Virus record (IMG/VR): IMGVR_UViG_3300028887_000104
Location: 13,727 to 77,726 of that record
DNA: 64,000 nt
Strand: one strand, 5' to 3'
DNA from: a virus
Lineage: Duplodnaviria; Caudoviricetes
Part shown: positions 8,947 to 18,747 of the stretch, one piece after another
How the letters are laid out: every line of letters starts with the position of its first letter
Numbering within the stretch: position 1 is the first letter of the stretch
Made by a program: the position numbers and the translations under genes
The notes under the pieces: model-generated
What the model saw: the letters and a program-made list of their open reading frames with translations, nothing else
What the model was told of the DNA's origin: nothing
Database searches by the model: none

Positions 8947-9546
8947 ATGAGCGATAACAGGCATCGTACCGCATGGAATAAAAGACATGGCGAAAGTCAT
9001 ACACCACTTCATAATATCTGGTGCGGAATGAATAACAGGTGCAATCCAAAGCATAAAAACTCAGAAGAATACGGAAAAAGAGGAATAATTGTTTGCGATG
9101 AATGGAAATCATACGAGATGTTTGCAAAGTGGGCCAAAGAAAATGGATATGAACCAGGTCTAACGATTGAGAGAATCGATGTGAACGGGAATTACTGTCC
9201 GGAAAACTGCACATGGATTCCGTTATCAAAGCAGGCGCGGAACAGAAGAACAACAGCATGGGTGACATATAATGGAAGACAAATGTCACTTGCGGAAGCC
9301 AGCGAGATTGCCGGATTGCCTTACAAACAGGTATGGTTCAGGATTCATGTGTCTGGATGGACGTTTGAAAAAGCAATATCAACTCCGCTTGGGGCAGATT
9401 TGGGTCAAAGAGAATCGTCGCATGTGTGTGTTATATGTGGGAAAGAGTTTGTGTCACATAGTTGCAGAAGTAAATATTGCTCTTTGACTTGTTATAGAGA
9501 GTACAAAAATGCAATGCGCAGAAAATCTTCTTTAATTTTGTCATAA
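8947..9546 (+). CDS. HNH homing-endonuclease-like protein with C-terminal Cys zinc finger
   Basis: IWCGMNNRC...YGKRGIIVCDEW...TIERIDVNGNYCPENCTW; tail CVICGKEF...KYCSLTC; lower GC than flanks. Confidence 0.8.
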   Translation: MSDNRHRTAWNKRHGESHTPLHNIWCGMNNRCNPKHKNSEEYGKRGIIVCDEWKSYEMFAKWAKENGYEPGLTIERIDVNGNYCPENCTWIPLSKQARNRRTTAWVTYNGRQMSLAEASEIAGLPYKQVWFRIHVSGWTFEKAISTPLGADLGQRESSHVCVICGKEFVSHSCRSKYCSLTCYREYKNAMRRKSSLILS

Positions 9547-9582
9547 TTATTACTATTTGTTATGATGTTACCACGAAAAGCA

Positions 9583-9611
9583 TTGACAAGACGCAATATG
9601 TTTGATATATT
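9583..9611 (+). promoter_or_regulatory. Sigma-A type promoter upstream of portal
   Basis: TTGACA-17 bp-TATATT with TG extended -10. Confidence 0.6.
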
Positions 9612-9694
9612 TTAGTCAGGAATCCATGTCCGTTTATTTTCGTGACCATAAAATTTTTATCGGTCGCGGGGTATTGTCACAGCGGGCATGAACC

Positions 9695-9739
9695 GAAAAG
9701 ACGCTGAACGGCGAGAAATCGTGTGTTCAGCGTCTTTTC
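9695..9739 (+). terminator. Terminator/attenuator-like hairpin in portal leader
   Basis: GAAAAGACGCTGAAC / GTTCAGCGTCTTTTC perfect 15-bp inverted repeat. Confidence 0.6.
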
Positions 9740-9767
9740 ATAAGGCGCAGCGGAAAGGAGGATCCGG

Positions 9768-11513
9768 ATGGGAGTCAGTCTTGAAAAGTACGATGTGACT
9801 ACGGTTGACGGATATGATCCGGCGTTCTCCAAGACGCTGCATGGCCGGCGCGTGATTTATTCCGGTGAGAAGGAAATCACCCGGGATAACGTGATTGACG
9901 TGCTCCAGAAAGCGCTTGCGACGCACGAGATCAACCGGCGAGAGATTATTTATCTCCGGAAGTACGAGCGCGGAATCATGCCAATTCTGGAGCGGAACAA
10001 AGTTTATCACACCGAGATCAACAACAAGGTCGTCATTAATATCCCCAACCAGATCGTGACGTTCAAAAGCGCCGAGTTTGCCGGGGAACCGATTCAGTAC
10101 ATCAGCCGTCGCGGTAATAAGTCTGTTGAGGACGAGAACAAGGAAATTCCGAAGAAGGTTTCCCAGATCAATGACATGATGATCTCGGAAGGCAAGCGCG
10201 CGATTGACTATACGATGGCGTACCAGATGTTTACGTGCGGTATGGCGTACCGGCTGACGTATCACGACGAAAAGTCAGCGAGTGAGTATCTGGATGAGGC
10301 ACCGTTTGAGATCGCGAATCCCGACCCGGAGAATACGTTCATCGTGTATCGGAACGACGTGCGGAAGAGCGTGCTGATGGGCGTGACCTATGTGTATAAG
10401 GATCCGCCCATGAACCAGGTGGAGTACACGGTGTACACGCCGAACGTGACGTACACGATTGAAGGATTGCCGCTGCTGAACGGTACCGGCGGACTGGAGA
10501 TCACGAACGAGGTTCATCATAACTTCGGAATGGTCAGTTTGATTGAGTATCCGTGTAATCCGGACCGGATCGGCGCGTTTGAAGTGGTTATCGACCTGAT
10601 CGATTCCATGTGCCTTGCGTTAAGCAACCAGATGGACGGCCTGGAACAGTTCATTCAGGCGCTGATGGTGTTTGACGGCGTGGATATCAGCCGGGAAGAC
10701 TTCCTGGAACTGAAGGACCTCGGCGCGATCAAACTCCCCGCCTCCCCCGCCGGAAGCACAAGTGGGAAAAAGCTGTACTACCTGAATGAGCAGCTCGACC
10801 AGACGCAGACGAACAGCCTTGTGGACAGCATGAAACAGATGATCCTGGAGATTGTCGGCATGCCTGGGCAGGGCAACGCGAGCACGGGCGACAGCAGTAA
10901 TAACGGCGCTGTGATTCTCCGGAACGGCTGGTGGCATGCGGAGAGCCGCTCGCTTCAGACGCAGGCGATGTGGGAAAAGGCCGAAATGGAGTTTCTGAAG
11001 GTCATCCTGAAGATCTGCGCGGACACGAACACGCTGACCGGATTGAAAGTAAGCGATCTGGAGCCTCGGTTCCTGCGGCAGAGTTATGAAGACCTGCTGG
11101 TGAAGACACAGAGCTTTACGACACTGCGGACGGCTGGTATGCCGGCAATCCAGGCGTTCAAGTTCAGCCATCTGAGCACTGATCCTGAAAGCGACGCCAT
11201 TATTTATGACGATTATCAGGAGATGCTTGCACAGGAACTGGATCGGCTGAACGGTGTCGCGGAGACACTGGCACAGGCGAAAGCGGCGGCTGAAGAGGTT
11301 CCGCTGAAGGATGATGAGACGCTGAACCCGACTGAACCGGATAATATTCAGGCTCAGGCAAAAGCGCAGGGAAGCGGAAACAGCGGGAAAGGCTCGTACG
11401 CGATCTGCCCGGTGTGCGGAAAGCGGTTCGTGAAGAAGGAAGCGAATCAGGTGTATGACAGCCTGTCCTGCGCGAACCGTGGACGGCGGAGCACGCCGAG
11501 ATACGGAGTGTAA
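9768..11513 (+). CDS. Portal protein (SPP1 gp6-like) with C-terminal extension
   Basis: Position after terL, GEPIQY, G.AY...Y, GAFEVVIDLID motifs; extra acidic linker and CPVCG...C tail. Confidence 0.88.
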   Translation: MGVSLEKYDVTTVDGYDPAFSKTLHGRRVIYSGEKEITRDNVIDVLQKALATHEINRREIIYLRKYERGIMPILERNKVYHTEINNKVVINIPNQIVTFKSAEFAGEPIQYISRRGNKSVEDENKEIPKKVSQINDMMISEGKRAIDYTMAYQMFTCGMAYRLTYHDEKSASEYLDEAPFEIANPDPENTFIVYRNDVRKSVLMGVTYVYKDPPMNQVEYTVYTPNVTYTIEGLPLLNGTGGLEITNEVHHNFGMVSLIEYPCNPDRIGAFEVVIDLIDSMCLALSNQMDGLEQFIQALMVFDGVDISREDFLELKDLGAIKLPASPAGSTSGKKLYYLNEQLDQTQTNSLVDSMKQMILEIVGMPGQGNASTGDSSNNGAVILRNGWWHAESRSLQTQAMWEKAEMEFLKVILKICADTNTLTGLKVSDLEPRFLRQSYEDLLVKTQSFTTLRTAGMPAIQAFKFSHLSTDPESDAIIYDDYQEMLAQELDRLNGVAETLAQAKAAAEEVPLKDDETLNPTEPDNIQAQAKAQGSGNSGKGSYAICPVCGKRFVKKEANQVYDSLSCANRGRRSTPRYGV

Positions 11514-11516
11514 GCC

Positions 11517-12188
11517 ATGGATGTGAGGAAGGTTGACTACTACGGAGCATGCGACAATGCCATCAAATCCATGAACCGCAGCAACCTGGAAGCATTCGGG
11601 CGGCTGAAGATGGCAAAGTGGGACGAGATTAACGTCATCCAGACTGTAAAGCGGGTATATCAAAAGAGCGAAAAAGAGGCCCGCAGACGGTACTACGAGG
11701 TGTCATTTGAAGCGTACCTGATGATGTTGGCCCTGTGCGACATCGACCCCCGCAAGGCCCATCAGATGGCCGAAGAGACCATTACGGAGGCATGGGTCGC
11801 AGACGTACTGAAGCAGACGGACTTCGTTACACTGTATCGGTTCGATACGGAAACGGAGCGCAAGGCGTACCGGCTGGCAGAAGCACTGGAAGCAACGGAC
11901 GACCGGGATACGGAGATCAATAAAGCGCTCCGGTTCTGGAGTCAGCAGCTTGGGCAGTACGCGATCAACATGACGGACTACGCAATGCTGGCGGCGATGG
12001 ATGATGCGGGGATCGAGTTCGCCGAGTGGGTCACGATGGAAGACGAAAAGGTTTGCCATGAGTGCCGGATCCTTGACGGGCAGGTGTTCCGGGTGGATGA
12101 GTTTCCGAGCAAACCGCATTGGGGATGCAGGTGCAGAATGCGCCCGGTCTTTCGGAACAGCAAAGATCAGGAAGCTGAGACGGCTTAG
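11517..12188 (+). CDS. Head morphogenesis / minor capsid protein (SPP1 gp7 / Mu F-like)
   Basis: WVTMEDEKVCHECRILDG...KPHWGCRC. Confidence 0.85.
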   Translation: MDVRKVDYYGACDNAIKSMNRSNLEAFGRLKMAKWDEINVIQTVKRVYQKSEKEARRRYYEVSFEAYLMMLALCDIDPRKAHQMAEETITEAWVADVLKQTDFVTLYRFDTETERKAYRLAEALEATDDRDTEINKALRFWSQQLGQYAINMTDYAMLAAMDDAGIEFAEWVTMEDEKVCHECRILDGQVFRVDEFPSKPHWGCRCRMRPVFRNSKDQEAETA

Positions 12189-12229
12189 GCCCAGGAGAGG
12201 TATTAGATGGTGAAAGCCATTTGATATAA

Positions 12230-12325
12230 GTCGGAGAGAAACGACGCTAAATACTCGCAAACGCTGAGAGAACAGCGTTAACAAACGCACAATAAACGGA
12301 GAGAACCGTTCAAACGCAAAGGAGA
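12230..12325 (+). promoter_or_regulatory. Triple stem-loop leader of scaffold gene
   Basis: Three hairpins with AGAGAA loops (12230, 12260, 12295) and three CAAACGC copies. Confidence 0.55.
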
Positions 12326-12331
12326 AGCATC

Positions 12332-13009
12332 ATGATCAGAAACCGAAACGGATATTGGATGAGTCCGAAATTCTTCTTCTCGCCTAACGATGGTGGCGGA
12401 GAGAGTGGAAACGGTGCGGACAGCGGTACTGGCGGTGAGAATACACCTGTTGACGACAATAAACAGAACGGTACCGAAAAAGTGTCGGAAGATCCGAAGG
12501 AACTTATGGCTCAGATTGAGCAGCTGAAGGCCGACATAGCAAAGCAGAAGCTTGCTTTGGACTCCGCAACAAGCGAAGCCGGAAAATACCGGAAGGAGCT
12601 TCGGGCCAAGCAGACTCAGGAAGAAATCGACGCGGCAAACAAGAAGGAAGCCGAAGAAAAGGCTGCCAAGGAACTGGAAGAACTTCGGAAGGAAGTCGCC
12701 CGGGCGAAGTCCACGAAGAGCGTGATGAGTAAGCTCAGCGTAGATGAAGACGCTGCCGGAAAGATTGCGGAATGCATGGCCGGATGCGACGACATCGAGA
12801 ATGCACTGCTGCTGATCAGGCAGGCGTGGGAAGCCAGGGAAAAGGCGCTTCGGCTTGAGTTCGGAAAGATTCCGGGACCCGGGACCGGCGGAAGCAGTGA
12901 AGAGGACGCCGAGGAAAAGGCGGCGCTTGAGATTGCGAGACGGCTTGGAAAGAACCGCGCCGACGCAGACAAATCCGTTGTGGACGGTCTGAAAGGGTAC
13001 ATCCGGTAA
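12332..13009 (+). CDS. Capsid scaffolding protein
   Basis: Acidic flexible N-terminus, coiled coil, position before head genes. Confidence 0.75.
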   Translation: MIRNRNGYWMSPKFFFSPNDGGGESGNGADSGTGGENTPVDDNKQNGTEKVSEDPKELMAQIEQLKADIAKQKLALDSATSEAGKYRKELRAKQTQEEIDAANKKEAEEKAAKELEELRKEVARAKSTKSVMSKLSVDEDAAGKIAECMAGCDDIENALLLIRQAWEAREKALRLEFGKIPGPGTGGSSEEDAEEKAALEIARRLGKNRADADKSVVDGLKGYIR

Positions 13010-13081
13010 AGCTGGAAGGTTCAGCCTGAAGGCTTGAACCGATGGACAATATTAAACTCTTTTGAAAGGAGAGAAACCCAC

Positions 13082-13450
13082 ATGAAGTATAGTCAGACGA
13101 CTGTTGGCGGCGGTGTTGAAATCCTCGCCAGCAAGGACTACCAGGCGATTCCCGTGAATGTGGCCGGGTCCACCAAGCTGAAGGCTGGTACCCCGATCAC
13201 GGCTGCCGGCGAAAGCACCACCGGTTCCGGCGCTATCGGCATCCTGCTGTATGACGTGGATCCCACCGAGAATCCGAACGGCGCGGCTGTGGTGCAGGGC
13301 ATCATCAACGCGACCGTGGCGCAGGCCCACAGCGAAGTCTCTTACGTGGATGCGCTGTATTCCGCGCTGCCCGGGATCATCTTCCGGACCAACATCGGTG
13401 TGAACGGCGCTACCGGCGCTACCGGCGCTACCGGAAGCACGGGTGCCTGA
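13082..13450 (+). CDS. Head decoration protein with (GAT)n collagen-like tail
   Basis: KAGTPI...GILLYDVD...VVQGIIN; ends [14 protein letters not shown]. Confidence 0.75.
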   Translation: MKYSQTTVGGGVEILASKDYQAIPVNVAGSTKLKAGTPITAAGESTTGSGAIGILLYDVDPTENPNGAAVVQGIINATVAQAHSEVSYVDALYSALPGIIFRTNIGVNGATGATGATGSTGA

Positions 13451-14394
13451 TGAACAAAGTACTGTTTGCCAGTACGAAGCCGTTTGACCGGGCGGAAAAC
13501 ATCCGAACGGTATACGAAGCGTACGACGGTCCGAAAGATTTCGCGCAGGTGAACGGATGCAGAAGGCATCCGGCGATCCGTTCCGGAGCGTATGACCTGA
13601 TGGTGATTGACGAGTTTCCGACGGAAACGCCCGGGAAGTGCATCATGATCTGGCATGCGATTCAGGGCGGAAAGACCATCGGACTGGATCAGCCGCATCC
13701 GTACTACGCGGAATGGCAGGCTCCGCTGATGACATTCATCATCACAAGCGGAACCGAGGCTGTCCGAATGTTCGCACAGTGCAGCGGGCTTCCAAAGGAA
13801 CGCGTGCTGCCTCTGGGAATGCCGAGGACAGATACGTACATCGGGAAAAAGAAGGGCGACGGGCAAACAGGCTTTGCATCAAAGCGCATGTGGCTGTATG
13901 CGCCAACATTCCGGAGCAGAGAAGAAACGCCGTTTCCGGAGATCGACTGGGAATGGCTTGACAGCCGGATGAATGATGACGAACTGATCGTCGTAAAGGC
14001 CCATACCATGACGGACGGACGATTCCTGAACGGAACGTACCGGCACATTGTGGAAGTGGACGCGTACGAACCGACAGCGCCGTACCTGTACGACTGCGAT
14101 GCGGTGATTACGGACTACAGTTCAGTGATCTTCGACGGATATCTGCTCGGAAAGCCTGCGGTACTGTTTGAGAAACGCAAAGGGTACCTGGAGACGCGGG
14201 GCATGTACCTGGATTATCCGTGGCAGTACTGTTCGCGGTACTGTGCGGATGAGGAAGGCCTCCTGTATCACCTGCGTCAGGCGAACGGACTGCGGGAAAC
14301 AGAAATGGAGTGCCTCCGTCTGGTGGCTGACGCCTGCGACGGACACGCCACGGAACGAACATGTTCCCTGATCAGGCAACTGGCAGGGCATTAA
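13450..14394 (+). CDS. CDP-glycerol glycerophosphotransferase (TagB/TagF-like)
   Basis: IWHAIQGGKTIG, LGMPRTD, LYAPTFR, VKAH, ITDYSSVIFD motifs. Confidence 0.85.
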   Translation: MNKVLFASTKPFDRAENIRTVYEAYDGPKDFAQVNGCRRHPAIRSGAYDLMVIDEFPTETPGKCIMIWHAIQGGKTIGLDQPHPYYAEWQAPLMTFIITSGTEAVRMFAQCSGLPKERVLPLGMPRTDTYIGKKKGDGQTGFASKRMWLYAPTFRSREETPFPEIDWEWLDSRMNDDELIVVKAHTMTDGRFLNGTYRHIVEVDAYEPTAPYLYDCDAVITDYSSVIFDGYLLGKPAVLFEKRKGYLETRGMYLDYPWQYCSRYCADEEGLLYHLRQANGLRETEMECLRLVADACDGHATERTCSLIRQLAGH

Positions 14395-14408
14395 GATGGA
14401 GGAAGTCC

Positions 14409-15053
14409 ATGAAAATACTGATTGCCGTCCCTACATTTGAGACGATTTATCCGGACACGTACAAGTCGATCTGGGACCTGGACAAATGCGGGCATGAAGT
14501 GCTGTTCGAAAGCGTTCGCGGCTATGATGTCGCCACAGCGAGAAACCGGATTGCACAGATTGCGCTGGACCTGAACACGGACTACGTATTGTCGGTTGAC
14601 AACGATGTTACGCTGCCGAAGGACGCGCTGAAACTGCTGCTGGAAGATCCGAAGGATATCTGCATGGGGTTTTACGCCCACCGGGATTCTGACAACATCT
14701 ATCGCGGCAGAACGTGCGCGTGCAAGCTCAAGGATGAGAACGGCAAGGAGTACTACAACTATCCGCTGGAAAGCGAATACACGGCGGCTGAAATGAAAGC
14801 CATGGCGAACGCAGGGGTCACCAAGATTCCGGTTCACGGCGGCGGAATGGGATGCGCTCTGGTAAAGACAGACGTGTATCGGAAAGTGCCGTATCCATGG
14901 TACGACTGGGTAAACTACGGAGACGCAAACCGGGGAATGCTGAGTGAGGACCTTTACTTCTGCGTTCTGTGCCGGAACAGCGGATACACAATTTACACGG
15001 ACGTTCGGGTCGGGTGCGCACACCTGATGCGGCATAATCAGTGGCCGGTTTAA
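14409..15053 (+). CDS. Glycosyltransferase family 2-like protein
   Basis: ILIAVPT, ARNRIA, VLSVDND (DxD), GMGCALVK, SEDLYFC. Confidence 0.8.
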   Translation: MKILIAVPTFETIYPDTYKSIWDLDKCGHEVLFESVRGYDVATARNRIAQIALDLNTDYVLSVDNDVTLPKDALKLLLEDPKDICMGFYAHRDSDNIYRGRTCACKLKDENGKEYYNYPLESEYTAAEMKAMANAGVTKIPVHGGGMGCALVKTDVYRKVPYPWYDWVNYGDANRGMLSEDLYFCVLCRNSGYTIYTDVRVGCAHLMRHNQWPV

Positions 15054-15087
15054 CCGATGAAATAAAACACGAAAGGAGTCAAAACCT

Positions 15088-16161
15088 ATGAATCTTACTG
15101 AGTTTCGTAAGCTGGTAACCCCCAAGGTTATCGCTGCCAACTGGACCGAGGCGGTCAGTAACCGGATTCCGTATCTGGGCGAAACCCTGTTCCCTTCCAA
15201 ACAGAAGGCCGGTCTGGACCTGAAGTGGATTAAGGGAAGCAAAGGTCTGCCTGTATCCCTGATGCCCAGCGCGTTTGATGCCAAGGCCACGTTCCGTGGG
15301 CGGGAAGGCATCAAGATGCTGGAGACTGAGATGCCTTTCTTCCGGGAAGGTTTCAAGCTCAAGGAAAAGGATCGCCAGGAAATCCTGCGGATCCGCGAAA
15401 AGAATGATCCCTATCTGAACGACGCCCTGAACCGGGTGTTCGATGACGCCAGTAACCTGCTGGAAGGCGCGCTGGTCGTTGCGGAACGCGAGATCATGCA
15501 GCTGCTGTTCCCGGAGGACGGCGATGTGGGCATCACCATCGAAGCCAATGGTGTGAAGTACCTCTATGACTACGATCCCGGCGATGCGTGGAAGACCACG
15601 AACTACTTCCCGGTTCCAAGCGATTACACCTGGGACAAGCCGAACGCAGCTGACCCGCTGACTGATATCCGGACCGCGCAGGACGCGATTCAGGAAAAGG
15701 GCGGCAAAGGCGAACTGCTGGTCATGAACAATGCGACCTTCAAGCTGTTCCGCAGCATCAAGGCCATCAAGGACCTGTTCCTGACCACGAACGGTCTGGC
15801 GGTTGGCTATCTGACCGACGCGCAGATCATCACCGTGCTGAAGGACGCTCTGGGCCTGGCCGGCATCGTCGTGTACGACAAGAAGTACAAGGACGAGAGC
15901 GGCGAAACCCACAAGTTCGTTCCGGACAACTACGTGGCTGTCCTGCCGAACGGCGTTCTGGGCAACACCTGGCGCGGCACCACGCCTGAAGAAGCTGACC
16001 TGATGGGCAGCGGCAAGGCGGATGTGGCGGTCGTGAATAACGGTATCGCCCTGACCCAGATTCTGGATGAACATCCTGTGAATCTGAACACCTTCGCGTC
16101 CGAGATCGTCCTGCCGAGCTTTGAGCGGATGGACGAGTTCGCCCTGATCAAGGTGAAGTAA
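15088..16161 (+). CDS. Major capsid protein (HK97 fold, lambda gpE-like family)
   Basis: YLGETLFP, KWIKGSKGLPVSL..FDAKA, MPFFRE, GNTWRGTTPEE, VLPSFERMD. Confidence 0.9.
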   Translation: MNLTEFRKLVTPKVIAANWTEAVSNRIPYLGETLFPSKQKAGLDLKWIKGSKGLPVSLMPSAFDAKATFRGREGIKMLETEMPFFREGFKLKEKDRQEILRIREKNDPYLNDALNRVFDDASNLLEGALVVAEREIMQLLFPEDGDVGITIEANGVKYLYDYDPGDAWKTTNYFPVPSDYTWDKPNAADPLTDIRTAQDAIQEKGGKGELLVMNNATFKLFRSIKAIKDLFLTTNGLAVGYLTDAQIITVLKDALGLAGIVVYDKKYKDESGETHKFVPDNYVAVLPNGVLGNTWRGTTPEEADLMGSGKADVAVVNNGIALTQILDEHPVNLNTFASEIVLPSFERMDEFALIKVK

Positions 16162-16231
16162 TTTGATGCGGTTCCGGAGGATGTAATATTCATCCTCCGG
16201 GCCACAATCTCCCATGAAGGAGGAACAGACC

Positions 16232-16444
16232 ATGCTGGTGAAAGCCAAATGGAATGTGAGAGACGCAGAAGGCTGGCACAGTGCCGGAGAAGTATGGGAC
16301 GCGAAAGGCGATCTCGGCGATGCGGTCGAGGTTCTGGAAGCGCCCAAAGCAAAACCGGCAGCGGAACCGGTAACGGAATCCAAATCGGATGAACCGAAGA
16401 CGGAACCGAAACCGAGGACCAGTCGGCGGAAAGTCAGCAAGTGA
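16232..16444 (+). CDS. Small head-associated hypothetical protein
   Basis: GGAGG RBS, position after MCP. Confidence 0.55.
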   Translation: MLVKAKWNVRDAEGWHSAGEVWDAKGDLGDAVEVLEAPKAKPAAEPVTESKSDEPKTEPKPRTSRRKVSK

Positions 16445-16461
16445 GAAAGGAGGCCGGGAGG

Positions 16462-16785
16462 ATGACCAAGGAACAGAAAATCATCATGCTGGAGCAGATG
16501 ACGGATGACGGGACGCCTCCCAACATCCTGGAGGTTTATCTGGAGCTTGCGGCACAGAAGGTGCTGAACCGGATGTATCCGTATAAGGAGGATTTCGAAG
16601 GGATTGAAGTCCCGGCGAAGTATGATTCCATTCAGCTCAAGATAGCCAACTACATGCTGAACAAGCGCGGGGCAGAAGGGCAGATTCAGCATATCGAGAA
16701 CGGAATTCACCGGAACTACGGATCGGCAGATATTCCGGACGGTATGCTTCAGGAGATTGTTCCCTACTGTCAGGCGATCCGGTAA
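16462..16785 (+). CDS. Head-tail connector (adaptor)
   Basis: LNKRGAEGQIQHIENGIHRNYGSAD motif, position. Confidence 0.75.
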   Translation: MTKEQKIIMLEQMTDDGTPPNILEVYLELAAQKVLNRMYPYKEDFEGIEVPAKYDSIQLKIANYMLNKRGAEGQIQHIENGIHRNYGSADIPDGMLQEIVPYCQAIR

Positions 16786-16797
16786 GGAGGCGGCGAT

Positions 16798-17178
16798 ATG
16801 CAGCTTCTGAAACGGAATGGTACGGAACTGGAATACCTGCCGTACACGGGACTGAGCGACGATCAGATCGTTTATGAAAGCGATGATAAGAACGAGGAAC
16901 CGGTCGGCGTGCACACAGGAGAGTTTCACCGGACATACGGCGATCCCGTACAGATTAAGGGAAGCATCTCCGCACCGAGCGGGCGTCTGAATGAGACGTT
17001 CTACGGGCAGGATATCCGGTATACGCACACGCTGGTTGTGAAGGATGAAGATATCCGGGAAGGCGGACTGATCCGCTACAAAGGCGAACTGTATGACATC
17101 CAGGCGGTACGGCCCACGCTGAACTTCACGAGCGTCGCACTGAAGAAGCAGACCACGGACGGTGAGTCCGATGAGTAA
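16798..17178 (+). CDS. Head closure / stopper protein
   Basis: Position and size. Confidence 0.6.
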   Translation: MQLLKRNGTELEYLPYTGLSDDQIVYESDDKNEEPVGVHTGEFHRTYGDPVQIKGSISAPSGRLNETFYGQDIRYTHTLVVKDEDIREGGLIRYKGELYDIQAVRPTLNFTSVALKKQTTDGESDE

Positions 17179-17710
17179 GCTTCTGAAAAGTATCGACATT
17201 GAACTGACAGCATCATCCATTAACGCGGCGATCCGCGAGATCAACATGATGGCAAAGCAGCTGGAAGAACAGATGCTCGACCTGGTCCGAATGCTGACGG
17301 AAGAAGGCATTGAGATCGCCAAGATGCAGATCATTTCCATGGATGCACTGTTTACCGGAGACCTGGAGCAGAGCATCAAGGGCGTGTTTTTTAAGGAAGA
17401 AGGATGCGGCGTTATCTTCTCCGATGTACCACAGGCTATGTATGTGGAATACGGAACTGGATACGAAGGCGCTTCAGAACCATACGTGGGTGATCTGAAA
17501 GGCTGGGAGTATGACACGAACCAACACGGGATGTCTGGATGGTGGTATCCGGCACCGTGGGGATGGTGGATTCCGAAGGAGGGTGTCCATGCCGGGGAAC
17601 CAATGGCATGGACCAGAGGTATGCCGTCCAGGCCGTTCCTGCTGAATACGCTGAGATGGCTTGAAGAAGCAGCGCCGGAACGGGCCAGCGGTATGTTTAA
17701 CCAGATGTAA
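17171..17710 (+). CDS. HK97 gp10-like neck/tail component
   Basis: TGDLEQSI, YVEYGTG, GMPSRPFL. Confidence 0.75.
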   Translation: MSKLLKSIDIELTASSINAAIREINMMAKQLEEQMLDLVRMLTEEGIEIAKMQIISMDALFTGDLEQSIKGVFFKEEGCGVIFSDVPQAMYVEYGTGYEGASEPYVGDLKGWEYDTNQHGMSGWWYPAPWGWWIPKEGVHAGEPMAWTRGMPSRPFLLNTLRWLEEAAPERASGMFNQM

Positions 17711-17724
17711 GGAGATGACAGCGG

Positions 17725-18120
17725 ATGATTGACTACGAAGTGCAGGTGTTTAACCGTGCATACGCCAAAGCAGCTCCGCTGTGCGCCAGCAAACGGTTTG
17801 TCAGCACCGTGATCACAGAGGCACCGACCGCATTCCCGGCGGCAAGCCTGATCGAGGTCAGCAACACTACCGTACGCAGGCTTCAGACATCTACACCGGT
17901 TGAAAACTTCGCTGTAATCACCTATCAGCTGGATGTATACGCAACCAGCAAGAGCGGATGCAAGAACGTGCTGAGCGCCGTGGATGAAGCCATGATTGCT
18001 ATGAACTTCACCCGGATCAGCGGCACGTACATCGGCAACGCGACGAACACAAAAGTGTTCCGCTATACGGCACGTTATGAGGCGATGATTGACCAGGACG
18101 GCAACATCTACCGCAGGTAA
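17725..18120 (+). CDS. Tail terminator / completion protein
   Basis: Position; FP...IEV..N, YQLDVYA, RYTARY. Confidence 0.65.
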   Translation: MIDYEVQVFNRAYAKAAPLCASKRFVSTVITEAPTAFPAASLIEVSNTTVRRLQTSTPVENFAVITYQLDVYATSKSGCKNVLSAVDEAMIAMNFTRISGTYIGNATNTKVFRYTARYEAMIDQDGNIYRR

Positions 18121-18224
18121 CGGACCGTCACAACTGAATCACAGGAAGGCGCATGAATTGCGAGTATGGGTTAGGCCCACGCATTCATGCGTTTTTATTA
18201 ATCAATGAAAGGAGAAAACCGATT

Positions 18225-18671
18225 ATGTCTACTGCTGTAAAGGGGATTTCCACGTATCAGACTTATCTGATGTATCGGACGACCACGAGCGGCGAATATG
18301 CCAAGCTGATCGATATCTCCTCCTTCCCGGACCTGGTTCCGGCCAAGGAACGTATCGACATTACCTCCCTGTCCGATTATATGCGCGTGTACATCAATGG
18401 TATTGGTGACACGTCCGAGTTTGAGTTCGCTGCGTTCTATACGCCGGACAACTACTCCAAGGTGAAAGCGCTGGAAAATCATCAGTATGACTACGCTGTG
18501 TGGTTCGGCGCATCCGGTTCCGAAGGATCCGAAGTGCCGGATGGCCACATGGGCAAGTTCAGCTGGACCGGCGACGTCTCTGCGGGTATCAGCGGCGGCG
18601 GCGTGAATGAGGCTGTTGGTATGACCATCAACTGCACGCCCGCTACGGTTATCGTGTACTCCACCACCTGA
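18225..18671 (+). CDS. Major tail (tube) protein
   Basis: DISSFPDL...IDITSLSD...INGI; GGAG RBS. Confidence 0.75.
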   Translation: MSTAVKGISTYQTYLMYRTTTSGEYAKLIDISSFPDLVPAKERIDITSLSDYMRVYINGIGDTSEFEFAAFYTPDNYSKVKALENHQYDYAVWFGASGSEGSEVPDGHMGKFSWTGDVSAGISGGGVNEAVGMTINCTPATVIVYSTT

Positions 18672-18747
18672 TGGTGAGTACGGCCGGAGCGGGCAGTGGA
18701 CATGATGTCCGCTCCGGCCAATATTTCAATAACAGGGGGCCATAGAT

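Noticed and set aside
15079-17517. 812-aa minus-strand ORF (also 24801-26381 and 38285-39709)
   Set aside because: Antisense shadows of GC3-rich structural genes; no RBS or recognisable motifs.
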